Below, one piece after another: positions 36,503 to 44,888 of a stretch of 64,000 nucleotides of DNA. The notes below the pieces were generated by a model. The model was not told where the DNA came from. It did no database searches and saw only the letters and a program-made list of their open reading frames with translations. The stretch lies in the sequence record PQ433349.1; one strand, given 5' to 3'. The DNA is from Escherichia phage vB_Ec-G1. Each line of letters starts with the position of its first letter. The first letter of the stretch is position 1. A program made the position numbers and the translations under genes.

Positions 36503-36682
36503 ATGGCTATCATTGCAAAAACTGAGATTATAGGTTTAGATTCGATCCTCCTGGCTTATGAGGAAACTTTAAAAATGTATGTAGTGACCTATGGTGATTA
36601 TGTGCGTGAATACGAATACATTGATCTTGCTTTCGAATGTTACATTCGCCAGGTCAATAAAGCCTATAATGATTATCGTTAA
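36503..36682 (+). CDS. small hypothetical protein (~59 aa)
   Basis: Below track cut-off; follows cassette 7 with RBS. Confidence 0.4.
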   Translation: MAIIAKTEIIGLDSILLAYEETLKMYVVTYGDYVREYEYIDLAFECYIRQVNKAYNDYR

Positions 36683-36701
36683 AAGTTTTAGTCTTATACT
36701 A

Positions 36702-36753
36702 TTGACAATGAGTGATAGTATAAGCATAATAACTTTTATCGGGAATACTTCCC
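36702..36753 (+). promoter_or_regulatory. cassette 8: promoter flanked by palindrome, short stem-loop
   Basis: CTTATACTAtTGACAATGAGTGATAGTATAAG inverted repeat spanning -35; CATAAT -10; GGGAAtacTTCCC hairpin. Confidence 0.45.
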
Positions 36754-36779
36754 ACTAACCAAAAAGAGAGAGTGACACC

Positions 36780-37145
36780 ATGGCTATTAATATCAATGTT
36801 TCCGCTTATGCTACCCTGGCTAACACGGCTAAAATTGAATTATCCAGCATTGAGGCGGTGCATATTAGCGCCCGTCGCTGGTTTCAACGGTCCTACGGTA
36901 ATACATATTTTTCTTTAATGGTTGACGTTGAGATCGGCGGTAAACTGATCGAGGTGGTTAACGTTCCGTTTCAATATGGCTATGGTGATCATTTTGATAC
37001 CGTCGCCCTGGAAGAATTTAGCAAGGTTATTAATATGGAAGGTAAAGAGTTTTCACGTGGCGCGTATCTTTCCCGTTTTTGCCGTGATAATGGGATCACT
37101 GTATACAGTCATGCAAGCGATGTAAAACGTAAAAAAGATTTATAA
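36780..37145 (+). CDS. hypothetical protein (121 aa)
   Basis: Track ORF after cassette 8. Confidence 0.55.
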   Translation: MAININVSAYATLANTAKIELSSIEAVHISARRWFQRSYGNTYFSLMVDVEIGGKLIEVVNVPFQYGYGDHFDTVALEEFSKVINMEGKEFSRGAYLSRFCRDNGITVYSHASDVKRKKDL

Positions 37146-37151
37146 AAAGCA

Positions 37152-37210
37152 TTGACAGCACGAATAAAAAGAGTAAACTGTATTACATAGAGAGCGGGAA
37201 TAGTTCCCGC
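37152..37210 (+). promoter_or_regulatory. cassette 9: promoter + stem-loop
   Basis: TTGACA then GCGGGAAtagTTCCCGC. Confidence 0.5.
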
Positions 37211-37234
37211 CTCACTGAAAAAGAGAGAAAAATC

Positions 37235-37474
37235 ATGGCTAAATCTAAAATGTACAACGGTCACAAAAACAAAACTCATTGGAATGTAAGCCTGTGGATT
37301 AATAACGATGAGGGATTGTATCGGTTTGCATTGGGATTGATCAATGAGTGCGGTAATAAAGATCAGGCGGCTGATTTAATGTGCTACCGTTTGAAACAGG
37401 ATGGAATCACTACAACGCCAGACGGCTTTAAGTATAGTAAAACTGCAATCCGCGCCGCTATGGTTGGAATGTAA
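37235..37474 (+). CDS. hypothetical protein (79 aa)
   Basis: Track ORF after cassette 9. Confidence 0.5.
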   Translation: MAKSKMYNGHKNKTHWNVSLWINNDEGLYRFALGLINECGNKDQAADLMCYRLKQDGITTTPDGFKYSKTAIRAAMVGM

Positions 37475-37483
37475 TAAAAACAG

Positions 37484-37544
37484 TTGACAACGTTTAAAAT
37501 TAGTGTAAGATGTATCACATAGGGCGGGAAATGGTTTCCCGCTC
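37484..37544 (+). promoter_or_regulatory. cassette 10: promoter + stem-loop
   Basis: TTGACA-N16-TAAGAT then GGGCGGGAAatggtTTCCCGCTC. Confidence 0.55.
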
Positions 37545-37568
37545 ACAACAGAAGAGAGATTAAAGATT

Positions 37569-37796
37569 ATGGCTATCAATATTGTTCGCGTATCCGGTAC
37601 CGTTGGTAACTCCCAGGTTGTAGCAGTTATCACAGAGAAGAAAGGGGATGATCTTCACTCTTCCTTGAATAGCTGGGCGGTCGCTAACTTCGGGCAATGG
37701 TCGAGCGTTGAGTACATCGAATCCTACCAGGTGCCGACGATTAGCCTAACCGATCTCAACGTTGATCGCTTGTTGTGCCTGGATGAATTAATCTGA
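37569..37796 (+). CDS. hypothetical protein (75 aa)
   Basis: Track ORF after cassette 10. Confidence 0.5.
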   Translation: MAINIVRVSGTVGNSQVVAVITEKKGDDLHSSLNSWAVANFGQWSSVEYIESYQVPTISLTDLNVDRLLCLDELI

Positions 37797-37806
37797 AAAA
37801 AGATTA

Positions 37807-37868
37807 TTGACACCGGAAAGAAAAAGAGTAGAATATATTACATAGGGCGGCGGAATGGTCCACCGCTC
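37807..37868 (+). promoter_or_regulatory. cassette 11: promoter + stem-loop
   Basis: TTGACA then GGGCGGCGGaatggtCCACCGCTC. Confidence 0.55.
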
Positions 37869-37891
37869 ACAACAGAAGAGAGATTATCACG

Positions 37892-38107
37892 ATGGCTAAT
37901 ATCCGCACTTTACTGAAAAATGCAAGTCAAGTTTTATTTTCAGATGACGAGTATTTCAATAAAGACATTACAGGCGTGAAAAATTTAAAAGACGTGAAGG
38001 ATGTTATCGGTATCCGTGGATCTTTACGTAAGGGCGATTACTACGGTAACAAGGTGCAATATAAACTGTCAAAGGATTACAATTTTACTTTGACAATTAT
38101 TTCATAA
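37892..38107 (+). CDS. hypothetical protein (71 aa)
   Basis: Track ORF after cassette 11. Confidence 0.5.
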   Translation: MANIRTLLKNASQVLFSDDEYFNKDITGVKNLKDVKDVIGIRGSLRKGDYYGNKVQYKLSKDYNFTLTIIS

Positions 38108-38113
38108 AACCGC

Positions 38114-38173
38114 TTGCAATACTGCAAAAATAAAGTAAACTATATTCATCAAGGCGGGGAATGGTCCGCCGCC
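38114..38173 (+). promoter_or_regulatory. cassette 12: promoter + stem-loop
   Basis: TTGCAA-like -35 then GGCGGGGaatggtCCGCCGCC hairpin. Confidence 0.45.
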
Positions 38174-38197
38174 TAACAAAGAGAAGAGGAAAACATC

Positions 38198-38365
38198 ATG
38201 ATCACTTTCGCTACCCGTGAAGCCGCTCGCAACGTTGCACGTAAAGTTAACGCCGCCAACCTGGGCGCTACGCTTAAAGCCCCGGTGAAAGATGAATCAG
38301 GCAAATGGATCTTCCCTGGTCTGCGTCATGCTGACAAGTTAGGTACTTTAAGCCTTAAAAAATAA
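38198..38365 (+). CDS. small basic protein (~55 aa) starting MITFA
   Basis: Below track cut-off; shares MITFA N-terminus with next ORF. Confidence 0.4.
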   Translation: MITFATREAARNVARKVNAANLGATLKAPVKDESGKWIFPGLRHADKLGTLSLKK

Positions 38366-38368
38366 TCG

Positions 38369-38403
38369 TTGACTTTTCGTTATAGCGCCTTACAATGGGC
38401 GCT
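38369..38403 (+). promoter_or_regulatory. cassette 13 variant: promoter with palindrome overlapping -10
   Basis: TTGACT-N16-TACAAT; TATAGCGCC...GGCGCTATA inverted repeat spans the -10. Confidence 0.45.
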
Positions 38404-38439
38404 ATAGAGAAGAGAAACCACTGCTAACAAGGAAACATC

Positions 38440-38661
38440 ATGATCACTTTCGCTATTGTCGCCGTTGTCGCTGGTCAGGTTTACGTAAACGATACATTCA
38501 CCACAGAAGACAAGGCCGCAGGAGACATAACCGCCGTTTACAATGAGTGCAAGGCAGTAGAAAGGATGTTAGCGCCTTGTATGCTAATGAGTGAACGCCA
38601 GGACGGGATAACAGTATTTACTAACATTGAAACAGGGTACCAAATGGTAGTAACAAAATAA
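38440..38661 (+). CDS. hypothetical protein (73 aa) starting MITFA
   Basis: Track ORF. Confidence 0.5.
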   Translation: MITFAIVAVVAGQVYVNDTFTTEDKAAGDITAVYNECKAVERMLAPCMLMSERQDGITVFTNIETGYQMVVTK

Positions 38662-38664
38662 AGC

Positions 38665-38723
38665 TTGACACGGATTTAATTTTTAGTAAACTGTTACACG
38701 TAGGGCGGGAATAGTTCCCGCTC
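38665..38723 (+). promoter_or_regulatory. cassette 14: promoter + stem-loop
   Basis: TTGACA then GGGCGGGAAtagTTCCCGCTC. Confidence 0.55.
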
Positions 38724-38740
38724 AAAAAGAGAGAAAGACC

Positions 38741-39094
38741 ATGAAAGCACAAAATGCAATTAAAGAGTACATCCTTGCCGCTATCGATTTTAATGATTAC
38801 GGTATTACAACCGAAAAAGAGAAGATCGCGGAATTGATGCGCCGTTTTAATTCCGAGTACTGGTACCCTGATAACCAATCACGTTTTAATTATAGTATTG
38901 TTAAAGCACTTGCATCATGGTTACAAGGCTTGCCATCAGATATCAATATCGCTTTCGAATATTGGGAAATTGATCGCCTGTTAACATCCTGGGGATACAT
39001 TAAAGAGAATAGCAGCGATGATAAAATCCAACGAGAAAGGGAAAATTATTGGCTTTATATTGCAGGCGTGATCCTTGCTTGCTCTTATGAATGA
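38741..39094 (+). CDS. hypothetical protein (117 aa)
   Basis: Track ORF after cassette 14. Confidence 0.55.
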   Translation: MKAQNAIKEYILAAIDFNDYGITTEKEKIAELMRRFNSEYWYPDNQSRFNYSIVKALASWLQGLPSDINIAFEYWEIDRLLTSWGYIKENSSDDKIQRERENYWLYIAGVILACSYE

Positions 39095-39100
39095 TAAACC

Positions 39101-39154
39101 TTGACAATTTTACAAAACAGTTTAAATTAACAATATAGCGGCAATGGTGCCGCT
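39101..39154 (+). promoter_or_regulatory. cassette 15: promoter + stem-loop
   Basis: TTGACA then AGCGGCaatggtGCCGCT. Confidence 0.5.
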
Positions 39155-39173
39155 CATATGAAGAGGAAACAAA

Positions 39174-39320
39174 ATGAATACATCTAATCGCGCAGAAAAA
39201 ATTCAATCTTCCAAGATCCGCAAGGCCTGGAACGAGGAAGTGATCCGCAAAGGCGACAAGCGCAATAAAACAAAGCGCGGGAAGAGTGACAAATATAATT
39301 GGATGGATTTAGAGGATTAA
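39174..39320 (+). CDS. small basic protein (~48 aa)
   Basis: Below track cut-off; RBS AGAGGAAA; followed by terminator. Confidence 0.4.
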   Translation: MNTSNRAEKIQSSKIRKAWNEEVIRKGDKRNKTKRGKSDKYNWMDLED

Positions 39321-39327
39321 CATAACA

Positions 39328-39355
39328 AGGGCGCACCAAGCGCCCTTTCTTTTTA
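39328..39355 (+). terminator. rho-independent terminator
   Basis: AGGGCGC-acca-AGCGCCCT hairpin followed by TTCTTTTTAT. Confidence 0.65.
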
Positions 39356-39375
39356 TATACAGAGGATAAACAAAG

Positions 39376-39561
39376 ATGACTTTAAACGAGCTTAAAACAG
39401 CCTACAACGCAACATTAAAAATAGCCGTGCGTTACCGTGATGCGTATGGTTTTATCGCGCAGGGCGTGATCCTGGGCTTTTCTGACGATGGTTTGATCTA
39501 TGTTGATGCACATCACAACAAGGTTAAACCTGAAAACGTCATTAACATAAAATATCTTTAA
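39376..39561 (+). CDS. small hypothetical protein (61 aa)
   Basis: Track ORF. Confidence 0.45.
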   Translation: MTLNELKTAYNATLKIAVRYRDAYGFIAQGVILGFSDDGLIYVDAHHNKVKPENVINIKYL

Positions 39562-39567
39562 AAACGG

Positions 39568-39627
39568 TTGACACCATAACCGGACCTGTTAAACTGTATT
39601 ACATCAGGCGGGGGAATAGTTCCCCAC
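39568..39627 (+). promoter_or_regulatory. cassette 16: promoter + stem-loop
   Basis: TTGACA then GGCGGGGGAAtagTTCCCC. Confidence 0.5.
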
Positions 39628-39647
39628 CATACAAAAAGGTAAATATT

Positions 39648-39854
39648 ATGATCACCGCAAAACAAGAAAAAATTATTATCGACGTTGCAGCCGTTGCCGC
39701 TATTGCTATTATTGGATCTTATTATGATACCCGTTTCCCGTCGGCTATGCATGAGATCGCCGCCGTTGCATCAGTTGGCGTGCTGTTTTACGTTGGTAAA
39801 CGCTATTTATCACCAATGATTAACAAGCTAACACCGTGGAAAAATAAAGGTTGA
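39648..39854 (+). CDS. small membrane protein (68 aa)
   Basis: Track ORF; hydrophobic segments. Confidence 0.5.
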   Translation: MITAKQEKIIIDVAAVAAIAIIGSYYDTRFPSAMHEIAAVASVGVLFYVGKRYLSPMINKLTPWKNKG

Positions 39855-39905
39855 TCCTGCTTTATATTGTGTTATAGTTATCGTGTAGGGCGGCAATGGT
39901 GCCGC
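39851..39905 (+). promoter_or_regulatory. cassette 17: promoter + stem-loop
   Basis: TTGATC -35 then GCGGCAatggTGCCGC hairpin. Confidence 0.45.
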
Positions 39906-39926
39906 GCCCCCTTTGAGGATGAAATC

Positions 39927-40211
39927 ATGAGTAAAGCTAACACCGTGCTAATGTTTTCCTTGGTTAATGATGCCGCTTACTTGTCCAACATGACGCAGGA
40001 GGGTAACACATTAACGGCAACATTCACCAATAAGCTTAATCGAGTGATCATCATCTCACTGAAAACAATTAGTAAAGGCGTTTACTCGTTAGCTTATCAT
40101 TGGATCACTGATACCAACGAGACAAGCCAGGACTATAGCGCCCCTTTCCCTGAATCAATGGCACGGGAGATCATCGCCGCCGTTGTAAATGATGGTTTGT
40201 TTACTGCATAA
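39927..40211 (+). CDS. hypothetical protein
   Basis: Track ORF 39867..40211 trimmed to ATG after hairpin/RBS. Confidence 0.5.
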   Translation: MSKANTVLMFSLVNDAAYLSNMTQEGNTLTATFTNKLNRVIIISLKTISKGVYSLAYHWITDTNETSQDYSAPFPESMAREIIAAVVNDGLFTA

Positions 40212-40229
40212 AATAATTTAGAAAAAGGC

Positions 40230-40286
40230 TTGCAATCATTTTGAGATAGTGTATATTTAATTCATAGGGCGGCGGGAATAGTTCCC
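40230..40286 (+). promoter_or_regulatory. cassette 18: promoter + stem-loop
   Basis: TTGCAA-like -35 then GGCGGGAAtagTTCCC. Confidence 0.45.
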
Positions 40287-40309
40287 AAGGCAAACGAGAG
40301 GATTACACG

Positions 40310-40429
40310 ATGAGCAAGTACACAGTAGAATACACGGTACAAAATCCGGCAGTATCCGAAGGTAAAAAGATGACATTTGCCATCAGTATAATCGCTTTCG
40401 TTGTCACTATCTTATTAATCATCTTATAA
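40310..40429 (+). CDS. small hydrophobic peptide (~39 aa)
   Basis: Below track cut-off; C-terminal transmembrane helix; RBS GAGAGGA. Confidence 0.3.
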   Translation: MSKYTVEYTVQNPAVSEGKKMTFAISIIAFVVTILLIIL

Positions 40430-40439
40430 GGTGCGTACC

Positions 40440-40601
40440 ATGAAAACAACAGACATTATCAAAGAGATCGCCCTTGCCGCTGACGTTGAGATCGAGGAAG
40501 TGATCGCGCTCAATCTTACAGAAGAAGACTTGCGCAATTATGAAGCGGAAAGCGTGAAAGCAAGCGGCGCGGTCCTGGCATATAATCCGGCTAACAAGTA
40601 A
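40440..40601 (+). CDS. small acidic protein (~53 aa)
   Basis: Below track cut-off; same direction, short spacing. Confidence 0.3.
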   Translation: MKTTDIIKEIALAADVEIEEVIALNLTEEDLRNYEAESVKASGAVLAYNPANK

Positions 40602-40610
40602 GGGGATAAC

Positions 40611-40760
40611 ATGAATCCGAAAGATATGCAAGCATGGAAAGGGTACGACGATCTAAGCGCCTTGCGCAATAAGTCAAGCCGTAACCTTAGACGGTTAGAA
40701 GCAAAGAAAAAGAAAAACAGTTTGACAAGTCCGCTTAATCTGGTAAAGTGTATCTCGTAG
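40611..40760 (+). CDS. small basic protein (~49 aa)
   Basis: Below track cut-off; GGGGA RBS; 3' end overlaps next cassette. Confidence 0.25.
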   Translation: MNPKDMQAWKGYDDLSALRNKSSRNLRRLEAKKKKNSLTSPLNLVKCIS

Positions 40761-40778
40761 GGCGGCAATGATGCCGCT
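40722..40778 (+). promoter_or_regulatory. cassette 19: promoter + stem-loop
   Basis: TTGACA then GGGCGGCaatgatGCCGCTC. Confidence 0.55.
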
Positions 40779-40798
40779 CACAAGAAGAGAGAAAAATC

Positions 40799-41083
40799 AT
40801 GAAGATCACAAAAAGCCTAACTAATTATGCAGCACGTCGCGGATTATGCTTAACCGTTGAAAACTTAGGGAAAGAAGATTTTTTGTGTTTTTGGGAGCTT
40901 GAAAATGATTGCGAGTGGATGTTTTCTTATTCTATCTGCGAAGATCAAAACGGTTGTTTGTTAACCTGGCGCGGTAATATCTATTTACCGCAAGAAATTA
41001 AAGAGGAATTACCAGGTACGATCATGACAGAGAGACAGCTTAAGGAAGTGATCAATTTTGTAGGGCAAAACATTAAAAAATAA
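40799..41083 (+). CDS. hypothetical protein (94 aa)
   Basis: Track ORF after cassette 19. Confidence 0.55.
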   Translation: MKITKSLTNYAARRGLCLTVENLGKEDFLCFWELENDCEWMFSYSICEDQNGCLLTWRGNIYLPQEIKEELPGTIMTERQLKEVINFVGQNIKK

Positions 41084-41084
41084 T

Positions 41085-41146
41085 TTGACAGCAGGCAAAC
41101 AACGTAGTAAAGTTTATCACATAGGGCGGGAAATGGTTTCCCGCTC
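41085..41146 (+). promoter_or_regulatory. cassette 20: promoter + stem-loop
   Basis: TTGACA then GGGCGGGAAatggtTTCCCGCTC. Confidence 0.55.
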
Positions 41147-41167
41147 ACAGCAGAAGAGAGACACATC

Positions 41168-41338
41168 ATGATCCCGACTATGTTTTATGTATCGCGCAAA
41201 GGTCACAATATTTTTTGGTCTGAAGATTTAAATGAAGCTATGACGTTTGCCCGTGATCGTGTTGCTATCGGTGGCGTTAATATCACCGTAACCGATGAAA
41301 ACGGCATTGAATACTATAACGGCGACGATGAAGAGTAA
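41168..41338 (+). CDS. small hypothetical protein (~56 aa)
   Basis: Below track cut-off; follows cassette 20; followed by AAGCTGTATT...AATACAGCTT hairpin. Confidence 0.4.
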   Translation: MIPTMFYVSRKGHNIFWSEDLNEAMTFARDRVAIGGVNITVTDENGIEYYNGDDEE

Positions 41339-41397
41339 TTAACAACCTGGAAGCTGTATTTTTACAATACAGCTTAAAAGGTGTAGTAAAATAATTC

Positions 41398-41467
41398 TTG
41401 ACAATAGTTTGTTACTTGATAGAATGTATCACGTAGGGCGGGGCAATAAGGCAACGCCCATTAATGA
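41398..41467 (+). promoter_or_regulatory. cassette 21: promoter + stem-loop
   Basis: TTGACA then GGGCG...CGCCC hairpin with larger loop. Confidence 0.45.
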
Positions 41468-41477
41468 GGGTAGAATC

Positions 41478-41582
41478 ATGTTAGAGAAAATTTTCACGGT
41501 TGTAATAGTAGGCCTGGCGTTATCGGTTGGAGTGGTTGCAACTATGGCTAACATGATCCTATCTTCCCACGGTATCGATTAA
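41478..41582 (+). CDS. small hydrophobic peptide (~34 aa)
   Basis: Below track cut-off; single transmembrane helix. Confidence 0.3.
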   Translation: MLEKIFTVVIVGLALSVGVVATMANMILSSHGID

Positions 41583-41592
41583 GGTGAAACAG

Positions 41593-41808
41593 ATGATCAC
41601 GAACAAAACAGGCAAAACAGAATTTTTACGCGGCTTACAAGTCGGTAAGCCTGAGATCTGGCATTGCAGCAAGTCGGCGCATAACGAAATGAAAGACTTT
41701 ACCGCTACTTTACAACGTGTTAAAATATCTATCACACAGAAAAAAGCCTTGTTAGTAGTAGAAAACGAGATCCCGCAAACTATTATTATTGTCGAGCGTA
41801 CAGCATGA
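41593..41808 (+). CDS. hypothetical protein
   Basis: Track ORF 41584..41808 trimmed to ATG after AAGGTG RBS. Confidence 0.5.
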   Translation: MITNKTGKTEFLRGLQVGKPEIWHCSKSAHNEMKDFTATLQRVKISITQKKALLVVENEIPQTIIIVERTA

Positions 41809-42191
41809 AAACAGAAATCATTATTGAAATCATCAACGGTTATAAAGAAGCCTTTATTTTTGCTGAATCAGCCAGGGATCACGAAGGTAATTTTATTGAT
41901 AACTTAGACGATTATGATTTTTCAGATCAAGCCCATCAGCGGATCGCCCAGGATGTAACAGCCTTTATTAATGCTAATCTTGCCGCTATCTCTGAGGCAA
42001 TGAGCGACGGCGCAACAGCCAACCAGATCGGGAATGATTTACATTTTACCCGTAACGGTCACGGCGTAGGATTTTGGGATCGCCCTGAAATATACACCAC
42101 TAACACGGCGAACCGCCTAACCAATGCAGCTAAGTTTATGCCGAATGTGTCGGCTTACATTGGTGAAGATAATTTGATTTATATTGAATAA
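41805..42191 (+). CDS. hypothetical acidic protein (128 aa)
   Basis: Track ORF, overlapping start/stop with upstream gene. Confidence 0.55.
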   Translation: MKTEIIIEIINGYKEAFIFAESARDHEGNFIDNLDDYDFSDQAHQRIAQDVTAFINANLAAISEAMSDGATANQIGNDLHFTRNGHGVGFWDRPEIYTTNTANRLTNAAKFMPNVSAYIGEDNLIYIE

Positions 42192-42197
42192 AAAGTA

Positions 42198-42254
42198 TTG
42201 ACACAGATCGCCAGTGTGCTAATATTTACCACGTAGGGCGGCAATGGTGCCGCC
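42198..42254 (+). promoter_or_regulatory. cassette 23: promoter + stem-loop
   Basis: TTGACA-N17-TAATAT then GGGCGGCaatggtGCCGCC. Confidence 0.55.
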
Positions 42255-42272
42255 GATAACGAGGAAAGTAAA

Positions 42273-42572
42273 ATGGAAACTATCGCTATTGTTACCGTAG
42301 AAAAACTGGTTGTTGGTGATGTATTCGCGTTAATGGTGCCTAACAGCAGCAAGCTGGGCGCTTATGAAGTGATGGACCATAAAAATGAATCATTTGGCGA
42401 CGGTTGCACAATGGCGGTAAGATCCTTAAAGGATGGAATCATCCGCCAGGCTAACTGGCACAAAGGGAATCAAGTCGGTTTAATATCAGCTAATTTCTTG
42501 CCAGAAGAGCAAACATTAGACCAACTATCAGGCGGTAAGACGTTAGCCGAACTACTGGAAACAGCGATCTAA
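42273..42572 (+). CDS. hypothetical protein (99 aa)
   Basis: Track ORF after cassette 23; followed by GGGGCGgcaaCGCCCC hairpin. Confidence 0.55.
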   Translation: METIAIVTVEKLVVGDVFALMVPNSSKLGAYEVMDHKNESFGDGCTMAVRSLKDGIIRQANWHKGNQVGLISANFLPEEQTLDQLSGGKTLAELLETAI

Positions 42573-42625
42573 TCAACAAAGGGGCGGCAACGCCCCATTA
42601 AACGCAATAGGAAGAGGATAGACAC

Positions 42626-42916
42626 ATGAAAAAGATGATCGCAGTAGTTGCCCTGGTTGTTGGTATTAACGCGCCTGTACTGGCTAATGAGTTGCCAGAA
42701 TCCATCACGCTAACCGATATCCACGCAATAAACCGGATCGGCGTTAATTATCGCCTATGCCTTGCCGCTAAAACTTTTAAGGACGGCGAAACAGAATATC
42801 ACGGATTCGAGGGCATCCGCTGCGGTGAGCTTGCACGCGACCTTAAGGAAGATCCAGACCTTGAGGCCATACCGATGACCGTAAACGGTAAAGCCTACGT
42901 AAGCCGCCAACAATGA
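42626..42916 (+). CDS. secreted hypothetical protein
   Basis: 96 aa; signal peptide MKKMIAVVALVVGINAPVLA. Confidence 0.55.
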   Translation: MKKMIAVVALVVGINAPVLANELPESITLTDIHAINRIGVNYRLCLAAKTFKDGETEYHGFEGIRCGELARDLKEDPDLEAIPMTVNGKAYVSRQQ

Positions 42917-43047
42917 GAAAGGTAATCATCACAATGGGGATCATAGTAGCGACGCTGGCGCTTATCCCCTTTATAGTTGAATATGTGCTGATAAGTGTTG
43001 TCCTGGTAGTCAGTGACCTATTGGAAACGGTTGGCAACTGGTTTTAA
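42913..43047 (+). CDS. small hydrophobic peptide (~44 aa)
   Basis: Below track cut-off; ATGA overlap with upstream stop; hydrophobic throughout. Confidence 0.3.
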   Translation: MRKVIITMGIIVATLALIPFIVEYVLISVVLVVSDLLETVGNWF

Positions 43048-43225
43048 AAATAAGAAAAACAGGACTTGTTTTTGTTCTGTTTTTTGTTATACTTATTGAA
43101 CGGGCGGCACCTGGAAGCAGGGGGAAGATAATCACCGGAAGACCCCGCTATATATTGATAACTAACGCCTATCAAACAACAAAACATCAAAGGAATAAAC
43201 TATCAAATCTTTACAATTCTACCTA

Positions 43226-43286
43226 TTGACACCGGATCACGCTTACATTATTATTTATCACGTAGGGCGAGCAATACAGCAAGCCC
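43226..43286 (+). promoter_or_regulatory. cassette 24: promoter + stem-loop
   Basis: TTGACA then GGGC...GCCC hairpin. Confidence 0.45.
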
Positions 43287-43304
43287 ACAAAGAGGAAAAT
43301 AAAA

Positions 43305-43672
43305 TGAGCAAATCAGCAATTAAAGCACTTGAAAAAGCACAAGAAGTGATCGCAACGTCAACCACTGGCGCAAAGGTTAATCTTGTTGGTTATCTGACAG
43401 ATGAAACTATCCGTAAAAATTGGCGTAATGCTGATTTACTGGCTTGCTTATTGATTAATAGTGTCGCTAATGCTTTCCAGTGTGAAACAGTCGAGAGCCT
43501 GGAAGAAAACTTGTTCGACAATATGGATCAAGCCATTGAAATATATATTCAATCCAACTTAGATAGCTGGAACAGTAAAACATGGCCTGACAGCTTACGC
43601 AATACAACTGATCAACTGATCCGCCTTGCGGTGATGGTTGAACGCGATAACGTTTACAACAGCACAAAGTAA
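43305..43672 (+). CDS. hypothetical protein
   Basis: Track ORF 43226..43672 trimmed to ATG after RBS GAGGAAA. Confidence 0.55.
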
Positions 43673-43692
43673 GATTATACAAGGGGCGCACT

Positions 43693-43720
43693 AAGCGCCC
43701 TTTATTTTTGCCCGAACAAT
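43693..43720 (+). terminator. rho-independent terminator closing the cassette array
   Basis: AGGGGCGC-acta-AGCGCCCT hairpin followed by TTATTTTTG. Confidence 0.65.
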
Positions 43721-44688
43721 GTTGATAGCTTAAACCTATGAAAAACCGACACAGAACAAAATTGCATAATTTGCGCTATCGAGCTAATCAACCATTAAAC
43801 GAATAACCATACATCCCAGGGAAACAGGTTGTTAGAGAGCTATTTAGAGCGGTTAAAATCGATCTACAACCAACAACAAACCATCAAAAACACCCTTTTA
43901 CCTCCTTTCTAGTGCAATGATAACCATTATCATCTACCTATGATTATCTATTCAATATAAGTGCATAACTATAATGTTGATAATAGTTCGCAACAACTAA
44001 CCCACCAACAACCTAAAACAATAAGCAAACTAATCATAATCAAAGGAATAATAGCAAGATGATTGATAACGACAAACAATCAAACCATGATGAATATTAA
44101 GCAAGATAACGATAACACGACAAAACAACCAACTAACGAACAATAACAAACGAAACCATTAAAAGATCAACTATTAGCAAAATAGTGCCTATTGCCATAA
44201 TAGTGACTTAATGAAATCATTACAAAATGAATCATTCCAAGGATCATCATTAGCACGCTACGCCGGACACGTAGCGAGCTAATAATAAGCCAACTACACC
44301 CCAACAATCATAACCATCGGTGACGGTTATTTCTTGTTACTGCGTAGCTTGCAATAATTGCAAGCGTAATGACGCTTACACTTATTGCGCTGGCTTATTA
44401 TTAGCATTATATGTAATTACCAAGATCATAACATTAGCGCAATAACAATAATCATTGTGGTAATTACAAGATGAAATCATTAGCAAGATGAATAATTGCA
44501 CGTAGCAACATGAGCGAATAGCGACAGGTTGCATAGTGTGCACATAGTGTATAAACATACAAGAAAATAAAGGCTAATCTTTTGGGGGCGAATACTATCG
44601 CGTAGCGATATGTTGAGCACCTTCTCTTAAACGTAAATAAAATCAGAAAATTCTTGATTTATTTTAGTTTTTATGTTAATAAACGTTT

Positions 44689-44709
44689 AAATAATAATCA
44701 TTCTCATAT
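44689..44709. promoter_or_regulatory. Fur-box-like operator site
   Basis: AAATAATAATCATTCTCATAT resembles the sites at 33541-33620. Confidence 0.35.
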
Positions 44710-44867
44710 AAATAATAGTCTGCTTGTCATGAGCGGGATTAGTTGACATTGTTCCGTCATATGATGAAGTTGCCAAACCATTGATAAATAAGTGTTTGTG
44801 TGATTTATAATCAAGTGGCCCACCTTGTCGCTATGTTGGCATGAGCCTTGCATAAGTCATTGAATAC

Positions 44868-44888
44868 GAATGATAATTATTCTCATTC
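44868..44888. promoter_or_regulatory. Fur-box-like near-perfect palindrome
   Basis: GAATGATAAT-T-ATTCTCATTC, 10-1-10 inverted repeat with one mismatch. Confidence 0.45.

Larger units (their letters stand above)
34255..43290 (+). repeat. array of about 22 repeated promoter + 5' stem-loop cassettes, each preceding a small ORF
   Basis: Recurrent TTGACA-N16/17-TAnnnT followed by CAC(G/A)TAGGGCGG...CCGCTC hairpin with compensatory stem changes, conserved CACAACAGAAGAGAGATTA leader and RBS. Confidence 0.7.

Noticed and set aside
34255-43290. Possible CRISPR array, considered because of the regularly recurring GC-rich repeat
   Set aside because: Repeats are not identical, spacing is irregular (200-450 bp), each is preceded by a promoter and followed by an RBS and ORF; no cas genes.
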